Numbered from the whole stretch's first letter, positions 52,560 to 63,468 are shown. The stretch: DNA of 63,942 nt, filler included, from Octopus bimaculoides (GCF_001194135.2; 8 parts of 8 records of this genome joined end to end with filler, not necessarily neighbours in it); one strand, 5' to 3'. Notes: generated by a model from the letters alone, not told the origin. Numbers and translations are program-made.

Positions 52560-52860
52560 AAATATCTACTCAAATAAGAGATAACCGGTCTCCCTGGAAA
52601 CGCACATCCGTTCTCATCCATTTCCCCGCATCTATCAGTTCCGAAAGTGCTCCAGCTCTGTCATCACCCACCCTCGAACACAGCCGTTTATTTAATTAAT
52701 TTCAAACTAACTCAACTGCGGTCCGCCACTTCGTCGAGATAACCCAGACGTCACGTGACTCACGGCATGTTCTCGTCACGAATGTTCACACGGCGGGAAA
52801 TGGCGTCCATCTTGGATCAAACGCAATGCCGTCTGCAGATTATCATTACAGTTTTCTGTC
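52560..52860. promoter_or_regulatory. CpG-rich unique island with overlapping bZIP/bHLH/E2F/YY1-type motifs (candidate promoter or enhancer)
   Basis: GACGTCA 52747-52753, palindrome GTCACGTGAC 52750-52759, TGACTCA 52756-52762, GGCGGGAAA 52792-52800, AAATGGCG 52798-52805, CCATCTTG 52807-52814. CpG density is visibly above the surroundings. Confidence 0.45.
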
Positions 52861-53035
52861 GTTAACTAAATGAATATTTACTTCTTCATGGCGATGTATG
52901 TGTGTACACATCCACACAGACGTGTGTATAGATATATATATATACTCTCTCTTTCCTTTCCTGAGCGTCCAATAATACTATCCATATCACGTCCTCACTT
53001 TGTTGTTTTTTTTGTTTTTTTGTTATTGTTTTTTT

Positions 53036-53070
<35 letters not shown>

Positions 53071-54073
53071 NNNNNNNNNNNNNNNNNNNNNNNNNNNNNN
53101 NNNNNNNNNNNNNNNNNNNNNNNNNNNNNNNNNNNNNNNNNNNNNNNNNNNNNNNNNNNNNNNNNNNNNNNNNNNNNNNNNNNNNNNNNNNNNNNNNNNN
53201 NNNNNNNNNNNNNNNNNNNNNNNNNNNNNNNNNNNNNNNNNNNNNNNNNNNNNNNNNNNNNNNNNNNNNNNNNNNNNNNNNNNNNNNNNNNNNNNNNNNN
53301 NNNNNNNNNNNNNNNNNNNNNNNNNNNNNNNNNNNNNNNNNNNNNNNNNNNNNNNNNNNNNNNNNNNNNNNNNNNNNNNNNNNNNNNNNNNNNNNNNNNN
53401 NNNNNNNNNNNNNNNNNNNNNNNNNNNNNNNNNNNNNNNNNNNNNNNNNNNNNNNNNNNNNNNNNNNNNNNNNNNNNNNNNNNNNNNNNNNNNNNNNNNN
53501 NNNNNNNNNNNNNNNNNNNNNNNNNNNNNNNNNNNNNNNNNNNNNNNNNNNNNNNNNNNNNNNNNNNNNNNNNNNNNNNNNNNNNNNNNNNNNNNNNNNN
53601 NNNNNNNNNNNNNNNNNNNNNNNNNNNNNNNNNNNNNNNNNNNNNNNNNNNNNNNNNNNNNNNNNNNNNNNNNNNNNNNNNNNNNNNNNNNNNNNNNNNN
53701 NNNNNNNNNNNNNNNNNNNNNNNNNNNNNNNNNNNNNNNNNNNNNNNNNNNNNNNNNNNNNNNNNNNNNNNNNNNNNNNNNNNNNNNNNNNNNNNNNNNN
53801 NNNNNNNNNNNNNNNNNNNNNNNAAATATCGCTATCAATCTAGAGTAATAATTTGTAGTTTTGAAATCAGTAGTTCTTTGACTGCTATTTCTGAATTCTC
53901 AGTATGTTGGAGAAGCAGGTTACTGTCAATCCCTATATATTTATGATTATAAATGTTTTTTACCGAAAAAGGTTTTTTTCATACTGAGCTACCCGGCAAA
54001 ATTGTTAATTATTAATTTTATTACTAATTGACGATTCCCTGCCCTGCATATCTATATATATATATATATATAT

Positions 54074-54107
<34 letters not shown>

Positions 54108-54268
54108 GTGTTGTGTGTATATACATGCATGCGTTTATATACAATGTCCACATCCATATATATATAGCTGTGTATGTGTGTGTGTTCATACTAGTGTACG
54201 TACAAATATGTAACTGTTTGTAAATGTGCATAGATATCTGTATGTTTAAGTGTTTCTATATATTTATG

Positions 54269-54303
<35 letters not shown>

Positions 54304-54687
54304 NNNNNNNNNNNNNNNNNNNNNNNNNNNNNNNNNNNNNNNNNNNNNNNNNNNNNNNNNNNNNNNNNNNNNNNNNNNNNNNNNNNNNNNNNNNNNNNNN
54401 NNNNNNNNNNNNNNNNNNNNNNNNNNNNNNNNNNNNNNNNNNNNNNNNNNNNNNNNNNNNNNNNNNNNNNNNNNNNNNNNNNNNNNNNNNNNNNNNNNNN
54501 NNNNNNNNNNNNNNNNNNNNNNNNNNNNNNNNNNNNNNNNNNNNNNNNNNNNNNNNNNNNNNNNNNNNNNNNNNNNNNNNNNNNNNNNNNNNNNNNNNNN
54601 NNNNNNNNNNNNNNNNNNNNNNNNNNNNNNNNNNNNNNNNNNNNNNNNNNNNNNNNNNNNNNNNNNNNNNNNNNNNNNNNNNNNNNN

Positions 54688-54859
54688 AACATTTCAGCTC
54701 CAATACGAACATTTCAGCTCCAATACGAACATTTCAGCTCCAATACGAACATTTCAGCTCCAATACGAACATTTCAGCTCCAATACGAACATTTCAAGCC
54801 CCAATACGAACATTTCAGCCCCAATACGAACATTTCAAGCTCCAATACGAACATTTCAG
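54688..54859 (+). repeat. 20-bp minisatellite (AACATTTCAGCTCCAATACG)x8
   Basis: Five identical units at 54688-54787, three variant units to 54849, then a partial unit. The array runs into the upstream gap. Confidence 0.97.
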
Positions 54860-55162
54860 AGTGTTGGGTGTCAGTCTGCGGATAACGCAATCTGAAGATC
54901 AAAGTCAAACATCCAGTCAACATCATGGTGTTTTGAGTGATCACTTCAGCTGGCAACGTTATGCCTCCATTCATCTTCCCACACGGCCTCAGACTCAACA
55001 CGGAGACCTACATCAAGTGCCTGGAGGAGGTAGCGCTGCCCTGGGTCAACAGGGTGGCTGCTGGACTCTGCACCATGCCACACAAGCAGGAGAATCCAGT
55101 CATGGCTGTCAGACAATTTCTGCGACCATATCACCCCTAACATCTGGCCACCTAACTCCCCC
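54850..55162 (+). mobile_element. Second DD37D (maT-type) relic with internal deletions
   Basis: KHPVNIMV...SAGNVMPPFIFPHGLRLNTETYIKCLEEVALPWVNRVAAG/DSAPCHT...WLSDNFCDHITPNIWPPNS. Clearly homologous to 26200-26480. Confidence 0.88.
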
Positions 55163-55189
55163 ATTGGCTCAAACATATATGCATACATA

Positions 55190-55720
55190 AGACAGAAGTG
55201 TGTTATTTGTGGGAGAATTGGCTGCCATTTCTACAAGGTCTAGACCTTGTAGAAATAGCAGAATAACATGTAGTAGTCTCTCTCATAAGCACATACACAC
55301 GTTATACATACATACATGATCTGAGGAAGATTTGGCTAGTATTTCTACCAGGTGCAGCTACCGTGTAGAGGTCTCCCTCGTTGACACTTACACATATACG
55401 TACACAAGAGAGTAGAGTGTGATTTGAGGGCGATTCGGCTGCTTTTTCTACGATGTCTAGCTACCATGTAGAACACTCCCTCATTGGCTCATACATAAAA
55501 AATAGACAGTAAGGGTGTGATTGATTTAAGGGAAATTTGGCTGTTATTTCCAGCATGTAGAAGTCTACCTTCTTGACTCTTGCCCTCAAATACGCACACA
55601 TACACATACACATACAAACACACATACACACACACACACACACTTGCATACATATGACATTAAGCTATAATCTGAGGAAGACTTAGCTATTCTTTCGAGC
55701 AATAACCACTTCAACACTCC
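55190..55720. repeat. Diverged tandem array of about five ~100-150-bp units (core GTGTGATTTGAGGGAGATTTGGCTGCTATTTCTA...ATGTAGA) with CA/TA-rich spacers
   Basis: Cores near 55198, 55321, 55417, 55515 and 55671. The same core occurs in reverse at about 57215-57245 and 58310-58345. Confidence 0.7.
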
Positions 55721-55947
55721 AAATTAAATGTCAAACCGTTCACTTGTTAAGCAACAAATCCACATTTCATGCTAAACACTATTTTATTCATCAATTTGAC
55801 ATTTCTTGAAACCGAAAACAATTACCCAAGCCTTTCCTCGCCACGACCACTTCCACCGATTCTTCTCATTGTTGTTAACGTTAAAGTTTCGTTTGTCTAA
55901 TCTTCATTCGCATTTTTTTTTCTTTCTTCACGCTTTCCTACCTCCCT

Positions 55948-55985
<38 letters not shown>

Positions 55986-56397
55986 TGCTTTCGCTTATCT
56001 CCCTTCTTACTCGCTCTTCAACGCTCTCTCTTTTACATTTGCTTTCTTTCTGCCAACAATATTCACCGTCCCATAACATCACCCATTCGTCTTCTTCTTC
56101 AGTTCTTCTTCTTCTTCTTCAGTTCTTCTTCATCATCATAATCTTCTTCCCCCTCTTCCTCCCTCACTCCATCTCCTCGTTTTTCTTACTTTCTTCTTTC
56201 TTAATAAATTTTTATTGTTTCTTTCATTTATTATAATTTTCTTTATTTAAGATATTTTCCAAATTATATTATACACTTATCTATCTGTCTATCTATCTAT
56301 CTATATATCTCCGTCTTTCTCTCTCTTTCAATATATATATATATATATATATATATTACGTAGGTAGGTAGACAAAGAGACAGACAAATAGACAGAC

Positions 56398-56454
<57 letters not shown>

Positions 56455-56479
56455 TGTGTGTATATGTTTACATATATAT

Positions 56480-56665
56480 ATATTCTATTATTTGTTTCAG
56501 TCACTTGACCGCGGCCATGCTGGAGCACCGCCAGGACTTATTCTTTGTAAGTCTAGTACCTATTCTATTACCCTCTTTTGCCGAACCGATAAGTTACGGG
56601 GGACGTAAACACACCAACATCGATTGTCAAGCGATGGTGGGGTGACAAATACCGACACACAAACA
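56480..56665 (-). mobile_element. 3' half of the CORE-type SINE
   Basis: TGTTTCAGTCACTTGACCGCGGCCATGCTGGAGCACCGCCAGGACTTATTC...; lacks the GTCGA hairpin segment. Confidence 0.88.
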
Positions 56666-56826
56666 TGTATATATATATATAAATGTTGAAGTGAATCTAA
56701 CGGATTTTGTGTGTTATTTTAAATGGNNNNNNNNNNNNNNNNNNNNNNNNNNNNNNNNNNNNNNNNNNNNTTAATTAATTAANNNNNNNNNNNNNNNNNN
56801 NNNNNNNNNNNNNNNNNNNNNNNNNN

Positions 56827-57048
56827 TTAAGGGTCGATAAATTAAGTACCAGTGAATCACTGGGGTCAATACAATCAACTAGTCCCCTCCGTTAACATTT
56901 CAGGCCTTGTGCCTAGAGTAGAAAAGATTAGTCGACGTGAGGCTATAAAAGAACACACTTGTCCAAGGTGCCGTGCCGTGCAGTGCGACTGAACCCGAAA
57001 CCTTGTGATTAGGAAGCAAACTTCTTACCACACAGGCACGCCTGCACC
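56827..57048. mobile_element. Meta-like SINE 3' end (plus, 56827-56929) abutting a CORE-type SINE head (minus, 56945-57048)
   Basis: GGGTCGATAAATTAAGTACCAGT...CTGGGGTC...GGCCTTGTGCC, then CACTTGTCCAAGGTGCC...GAACCCGAAACC...TTACCACACAGGCACGCCTGCACC. Confidence 0.78.
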
Positions 57049-57107
57049 ACTCTGAGATTCCAAATCTCACACATCTCTTGTCTCTAGTTGGATACAACAT
57101 CAACAAT

Positions 57108-57156
<49 letters not shown>

Positions 57157-57369
57157 GTAGCAGCAATATTAACAAAATAGGCAATGTAGGTGTGCTTGTA
57201 TGTGGTCGATTGATTTGCTAGAAGTAGCTGCCAAATCTCCCTAAAAGCAAGCCCTTAATATCGTAAAGAAAAACGTTAAGGACACGTTGGATAATGGAGT
57301 CCTAGATATATTTATGCCTGGGAAAACGACCAAGGATTGAACACAATAATCTACAATAGCAACAGCTAC

Positions 57370-57374
57370 TGTGC

Positions 57375-57430
<56 letters not shown>

Positions 57431-57440
57431 NNNNNNNNNN

Positions 57441-57485
<45 letters not shown>

Positions 57486-58300
57486 GGTGGTAGTGGTGGT
57501 AGGGCGTTTCCTTGCTGACCACGTAGATAGCGAAGTTAAAGATGGTCAACGTGATAAAGGCAGACTGACTTGACCAACGACGTTATCGAGGCAGTGGAGC
57601 GGAACGTGATCACAACAACAACAACAACAACAGCAGCAGCATCAGCAGCAGCAGCGGAGACAGCAGCCGTTGTGGTCGAACTATAGCGACAAAACCAACA
57701 TTAAAGATTGAAATCTGATAATTTCAAACGAAATAAAAATAACGAACGCCATTATTAATCTTACTTCCACCCTCTCCTACTACCATTTCCACCACCACCA
57801 CTACTACTACCTTCACCACCGACACCACCAATATCACCACCACCACCACCATCACTATTACTGCCACTACCACCACCACCACTATTACTGCCACTACCAT
57901 CACCCCCCACCACCACCACCACTGCCACTATTACTACCAATACCATCACAATTACCACCACCACTACTACCCAACCCCACCACCACTACTACTATTATCG
58001 CCACTACCGTTACCACACCACCACCACCATCACTACTATTACTGCCACTACTACCATCGTTACAACCACTACTGTTACCACCACAACCATCATCCCCACC
58101 ACCATTACTACCACCACCACCACCACCATCCCCACCATCACCATCACCACCACCGCCACCATCACAGGCACCATTACTATCAGCAACACCACAACCGGCA
58201 TTAGCACCATCATCACTACCACCACCACCATCACCACCACCACCACCACCGCCAACACCACTACTACAATCACTACCACAATTACCACCGTCACCAGCCC
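57370..58300. repeat. Compound trinucleotide low-complexity region: (AGT)n, (GGT)n, (CAA/CAG)n, then ~530 bp of mixed CCA/CTA/TCA
   Basis: Direct inspection. This explains the poly-G, poly-V and poly-T pseudo-ORFs. Confidence 0.93.
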
Positions 58301-58844
58301 TATTCCTTCGGCTAGAAATAGCAGACAAATTCTGCTCAAATCACGCCAAAACATCTTGTGAGAGGACATAACACAGTAAACAATGTAGTGTTAGAATCTA
58401 TCTTTAAAAACGGGATGGTCTCGGTTGGAAGAGCTCTAAACATAGGTGAGCACAATCAACTATACATCACTGCAGAAGATGGAGTACTAGAAATAATAGT
58501 CGTAGATAAATTCTCATCAAATCCCAGTCCTAGATACACTCTATCTGAAATAACGACGATATATATATATATACACACATACTTACGTCAATATGTATAT
58601 ATATATATATGCATATATACATACGTATATGTACATACGTCTATATGTATATATGTATATGCATATGTAGGTACAGGACGTCACGAAACGTGTACAACAA
58701 CAAAAAATACGAAGTACGAATACATGGAATATGAACTAATTTTTCGAACAACGAAAGACACAAATGGAAGACAAGATAAACAGCATAAGGAACGAACCTT
58801 CATCAATTGTTGGCTGTTTTTCTACTCTCGTATTTCGAAGATGT

Positions 58845-59050
58845 ATGTGTTTGTGTTTGTGTCTGTCCCCACCACCACCACCACCACCACCATCGCTTGA
58901 GAACTGATGCTAGTGAAGTTATGTCCCCATAACATAGCGGTTCAACAAAAGAGACCGATTGAATAAGTCCTTAGAACGAATAAGTCCTGTGCTCGATTTC
59001 TTCGACTAAAACCCTTTAAGGCGGTGCCGCAGTCGAGTGACTAAAACAAA
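58845..59050 (+). mobile_element. 3' half of the CORE-type SINE
   Basis: GTGTCTGTCCCC(ACC)n CATCGCTTGAGAACTGATGC...AAAAGAGACCGAT...AATAAGTCCTGTGCTCGATTTC.TCGACTAAA. Confidence 0.82.
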
Positions 59051-59269
59051 CACAGACACAAGCACACTTATTTCATTAAGTGGAGTAAGAGCACACACGA
59101 AGACGGAATGTGTCACCGAAGAGGTCACAGATGTGTGACGAAAGATTTCCGGACAATGGACATGAGTTACAATAAGAACAGTAAGAAACGAGTGAAGAAT
59201 GAATATATAGTGCGTATATATAGTGCGTATAGAAGAATGAATATATAGTATTTTATCAACAAAATCTTA

Positions 59270-59314
59270 TATGGACCCCTAAGGGCCCACGCGGACTCCA
59301 GTTCAGAACCACTG
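59270..59314 (-). mobile_element. Terminal fragment of a hAT (Charlie-like) element
   Basis: The minus strand reads CAGTGGTTCTGAACTGGAGTCCGCG..GGGCCC..AGGGGTCC, directly next to GTCTAGAT (59315-59322), the NTCTAGAN-type site favoured by Charlie hATs. Confidence 0.55.
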
Positions 59315-59450
59315 GTCTAGATGCAGCACGTCTGAAATTATGGAATAGAAAGGAGACATTCCTCGTGTGAAAGTAATTCGTTATACGACAGCGGGATTCG
59401 GGCATCGACTTGGAAACCGAACAAGCATCAGCAACGACAGAAGCAACACC

Positions 59451-59496
<46 letters not shown>

Positions 59497-60687
59497 NNNN
59501 NNNNNNNNNNNNNNNNNNNNNNNNNNNNNNNNNNNNNNNNNNNNNNNNNNNNNNNNNNNNNNNNNNNNNNNNNNNNNNNNNNNNNNNNNNNNNNNNNNNN
59601 NNNNNNNNNNNNNNNNNNNNNNNNNNNNNNNNNNNNNNNNNNNNNNNNNNNNNNNNNNNNNNNNNNNNNNNNNNNNNNNNNNNNNNNNNNNNNNNNNNNN
59701 NNNNNNNNNNNNNNNNNNNNNNNNNNNNNNNNNNNNNNNNNNNNNNNNNNNNNNNNNNNNNNNNNNNNNNNNNNNNNNNNNNNNNNNNNNNNNNNNNNNN
59801 NNNNNNNNNNNNNNNNNNNNNNNNNNNNNNNNNNNNNNNNNNNNNNNNNNNNNNNNNNNNNNNNNNNNNNNNNNNNNNNNNNNNNNNNNNNNNNNNNNNN
59901 NNNNNNNNNNNNNNNNNNNNNNNNNNNNNNNNNNNNNNNNNNNNNNNNNNNNNNNNNNNNNNNNNNNNNNNNNNNNNNNNNNNNNNNNNNNNNNNNNNNN
60001 NNNNNNNNNNNNNNNNNNNNNNNNNNNNNNNNNNNNNNNNNNNNNNNNNNNNNNNNNNNNNNNNNNNNNNNNNNNNNNNNNNNNNNNNNNNNNNNNNNNN
60101 NNNNNNNNNNNNNNNNNNNNNNNNNNNNNNNNNNNNNNNNNNNNNNNNNNNNNNNNNNNNNNNNNNNNNNNNNNNNATATATATGATGTACAGCCACGCG
60201 CGGATTAAGAGGAAAATTGGGAATGGTAGCTTGGGAAATTTAGATTGTAAATATTTCTGTTAATGTAGAGTACTTAAACACACCAAACATACACGTACAC
60301 ACATACACACACATATACATACAAACATACTACATTTTATATATATGCATAGACATAAAATTATACATATATATATGTTAACGCACATATACACATAGTG
60401 ATATACTATATCCTTATATATATATAGAGAGAGAGACACAGACAGACAAAGAAAAATAGATGCACACACAAGTTATGTGAAATTCTACAAGTGCAGTGCG
60501 GGCAATGTACAAACGTTTCATGTTTATTAGACCCTTGAGAGTGATGAGAATTTGAAGGATTCTAAAAGTTTACGCAAATGTTGGACGCAGTTTCTATACA
60601 TAAGACATCACATTTAGCAATAAACGTATTGCGTTTGTCATTGTGAGGTTGGGCTTTTCGTTATTTGTATCAAGGTATTCATTATGT

Positions 60688-60944
60688 GTGGAGGCGCGTG
60701 GCTCAGTGGTTAGGGTGTCAGCATCACGATCGTAAGATTATGGTTTCGATTCCTGGACCGGGCGACGCGTTGTGTTCTTGAGCAAAACACTTCATTTCAC
60801 GTTGCTCCAGTCCACTCAGATGGCAAAAATGAGTAACGCTGGGATGGACTGGCGTCCCGTCCAGCTGGGGAACACATACGCCATTAAAACCGGGAAACCG
60901 GGCCCATGAACCTCGCTAGGCTTTAAAAGGGCGCATTTATTTAT
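60688..60944 (+). mobile_element. Intact tRNA-derived SINE with a V-domain-like core and a 12-bp TSD
   Basis: A box TGGCTCAGTGG, B box GGTTTCGATTCC, GTGTTCTTGAGCAAAACACTT, V-like GGGATGGACTGGCGTCCCGTCCAG, (ATTT)n tail. TSD TATTCATTATGT at 60676-60687 and 60945-60956. Confidence 0.88.
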
Positions 60945-61179
60945 TATTCATTATGTAGTTCCCTGGTGCTCTGAATTTCACCTGCAGATGCAAAGGTTCT
61001 TCAAGCAATTTATTATTCTTGACTTGACTGAAGAGCCTGTGAAACCGTAAATGAAACTCGGAGAAGCAAGAGACAGGCTCGACCAGAATAAAGTATATTA
61101 ATCTCTACTGTGGCATTGACCACTCTTTCGCCTGCGTTCGAGATTTCTTCATATCTAAATCAATATGTATGTATGTATG

Positions 61180-61530
61180 CGGACTCGCGGTCATAGGATC
61201 GCGGTTTCGATTCCCAGACCGGGCGTTGTGAGTGTTTATTGAGCGAAAACACCTAAAGTTCCACGAGGCTCCAGCAGGGGATGGTGGCGAACCCTGCTGT
61301 ACTCTTTCGCCACAACTTTCTCTCACTCTTTCTTCCTGTTTCTGTTGTAACCTGTATTTCAAAGGGCCAGCCTTGTCACACTCTGTCACGCTGAATCTCC
61401 CCGAGAACTACGTTAAGGGTACACGTGTCTGTAGAGTGCTCAGCCACTTGCACGTTAATTTCACGAGCAAGCTGCTCCGTTGATCGGATCAACTGGGACC
61501 CACGTCGTCGTAACCGACGGAGTGCCAACC
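61180..61530 (+). mobile_element. Another tRNA-headed SINE family (5'-truncated head, distinct body)
   Basis: B box GGTTTCGATTCCCAGACCGGGCG is shared with the 60.7-kb head. The body ends GATCGGATCAACTGG...CGTAACCGACGGAGTGCC, with a second copy at 35013-35183. Confidence 0.75.
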
Positions 61531-61574
61531 AGCCTTTAGACTCAACAACTACTGCGAGTATATGATGCTTTGAA

Positions 61575-61960
61575 AGTCCGCTACTCGATTGTGGTCAATC
61601 AAGGACGTGCTCTACTACCACATGACAATGCCGCAGTAGACATTGCCAATGAGATCATGCGCAAACTTGAGGGGCTGGATGTGTTGCCTCACCCTACCTA
61701 CAGTCCAGACCTTGTTCCATCGGGTTAGCACCTTTTCCGAGTCATGGTTCGTTTCTTGCACAGACAGACGTGCAACAATATGGACGACGTTGAAAATGGT
61801 TGCAGGGAAATTTTTGTTCACCTCTAAACGAACCAAACGGTATAAACAGGGAACTGAGCTTCCGATAGAACGATGGCAACAGACAACAGAATATGACGGG
61901 GGTACTTTGATGAATAAGTGCTTTTCTTATTAATATGTTTATACAGAAATGCAGCTCTTG
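61575..61960 (+). mobile_element. mariner (DD34D-type) transposase 3' fragment, decayed
   Basis: LLPHDNA...LDVLPHPTYSPDLVPSG*HLFRVM..FL...DDVENGCREIF. YSPDLxPSD is the mariner motif; here the third D is mutated to G and two codons are missing. Confidence 0.82.
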
Positions 61961-62320
61961 TAGTTACGTGGCGATACTGGGGGGACACCACTTTGTAAAG
62001 TTTAATCAAACAAATTGACCCCAGTACATATAGGTCTTCTTCTCTCTGAATAAGAATATATTTTCGATTTCATTGAGTTCTCGTCAAAACTGCTTTGATC
62101 AGAGAAATACTTCGCTTTTACTTGTATGATTGTACTGTATATACACAAATACATTCATACACACTTATGGGTCTGTATGCATGCGTTTGTGTGGTTGTAT
62201 ATGTGTATGATATGCATGGGCATACACACACATATATATACATAACACACAAACACACGCACACACACACACACACATATATATGTCTGTGTGTGTGTGT
62301 GAATATATACATGCGTCAAA

Positions 62321-62380
<60 letters not shown>

Positions 62381-62479
62381 NNNNNNNNNNNNNNNNNNNN
62401 NNNNNNNNNNNNNNNNNNNNNNNNTTAATTAATTAANNNNNNNNNNNNNNNNNNNNNNNNNNNNNNNNNNNNNNNNNNN

Positions 62480-62710
62480 NTGTGTGTGTGTGTGTGTTTG
62501 TGTGTCTGTGTTTGTCCCCCCACCATCGCTTGACATCCGATGCTGGTGTGTTCAGATCCCCGTAATCTAGCGGTTCGGCAAAAGAAACCGATAGAATAGG
62601 TACTAGGCTTCCAAAGAATAAGTCCTGGGGTCGATTTGCTCGACTAAAGGCGGTGCTCCAGCATGGCCGCAGTCAAATGACTGAAATAAGTAAAAGAGTA
62701 AAGAGTGTAT
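62480..62710 (+). mobile_element. 3' half of the CORE-type SINE, close to consensus
   Basis: GTGTTTGTCCCCCACCATCGCTTGAC...TAGCGGTTCGGCAAAAG...CTGGGGTCGATTTGCTCGACTAAAGGCGGTGCTCCAGCATGGCCGCAGTCAAATGACTGAAA..AAAAGAGTAAAGAGT. Confidence 0.92.
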
Positions 62711-63047
62711 ACCATGGAAGAGTACCCAAAATTCTGTATTCGGTTGAATTAGCATGCGTTTGTGTGCAAAGAGAGGAAATATGAGCAAGAAAAAAGGTAA
62801 ACATATATGATGAAAAGATAACAAAAAGGAAAGGAAACTAAAGCATGTGATGTAGTGTGACATAATGGAAACCGGACCCATAGGCCACTCACGCCCAGCG
62901 TGAAGTCACTTCCTGTGCAAAGTCAAAAGCATCAATTGAGAGGAAGGGGGACAGCGGAGTCTTCAGACAAAGACAGCGTCAAAACAGTTACGATGAGGTG
63001 ACGTATCAATGAGAGAAGACTAGAGGGACAGGGAACCGCGTTTACAT

Positions 63048-63087
<40 letters not shown>

Positions 63088-63097
63088 NNNNNNNNNN

Positions 63098-63134
<37 letters not shown>

Positions 63135-63201
63135 CACACACACACACATATGTATATATATATACTACACACAGATATATACTACATACACAGACACAGA
63201 T

Positions 63202-63239
<38 letters not shown>

Positions 63240-63252
<13 letters not shown>

Positions 63253-63390
63253 CGTTTGTGTGTGTCTGTGTGTGTATTTATATACATATATACATACATG
63301 TGTCTGTATGCGTGTATGTATGTATGTATGTATGTATGTATGTATGTATGTATATATTTACGTATGTATTTATATATGTATGTATGTATT

Positions 63391-63421
<31 letters not shown>

Positions 63422-63434
63422 TTATGTATGTATT

Positions 63435-63468
<34 letters not shown>

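Noticed and set aside
55190-55720. CRISPR-like repeat-spacer appearance
   Set aside because: The cores are long and strongly diverged, the spacers are low-complexity and uneven, there are no cas genes, and the context is eukaryotic.
57900-58369. Gly-rich and Val-rich ORFs as structural proteins
   Set aside because: Fully explained by a triplet microsatellite mosaic; all frames give homopolymeric peptides and there are no splice or context signals.
60688-60770. Possible tRNA gene
   Set aside because: A and B boxes are present but no acceptor stem or cloverleaf closes, and the sequence continues into a SINE body with a TSD.
61025-61060. CTGAAGAGCCTGTGAAACCGTA as a minimal hammerhead
   Set aside because: Stem I cannot form with the flanks and stem II is only a G-U pair.
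62880-63045. ETS-like CACTTCCTG and GGTGACGT motifs as a second promoter
   Set aside because: Only isolated short motifs without the density or CpG enrichment seen at 52.7 kb.
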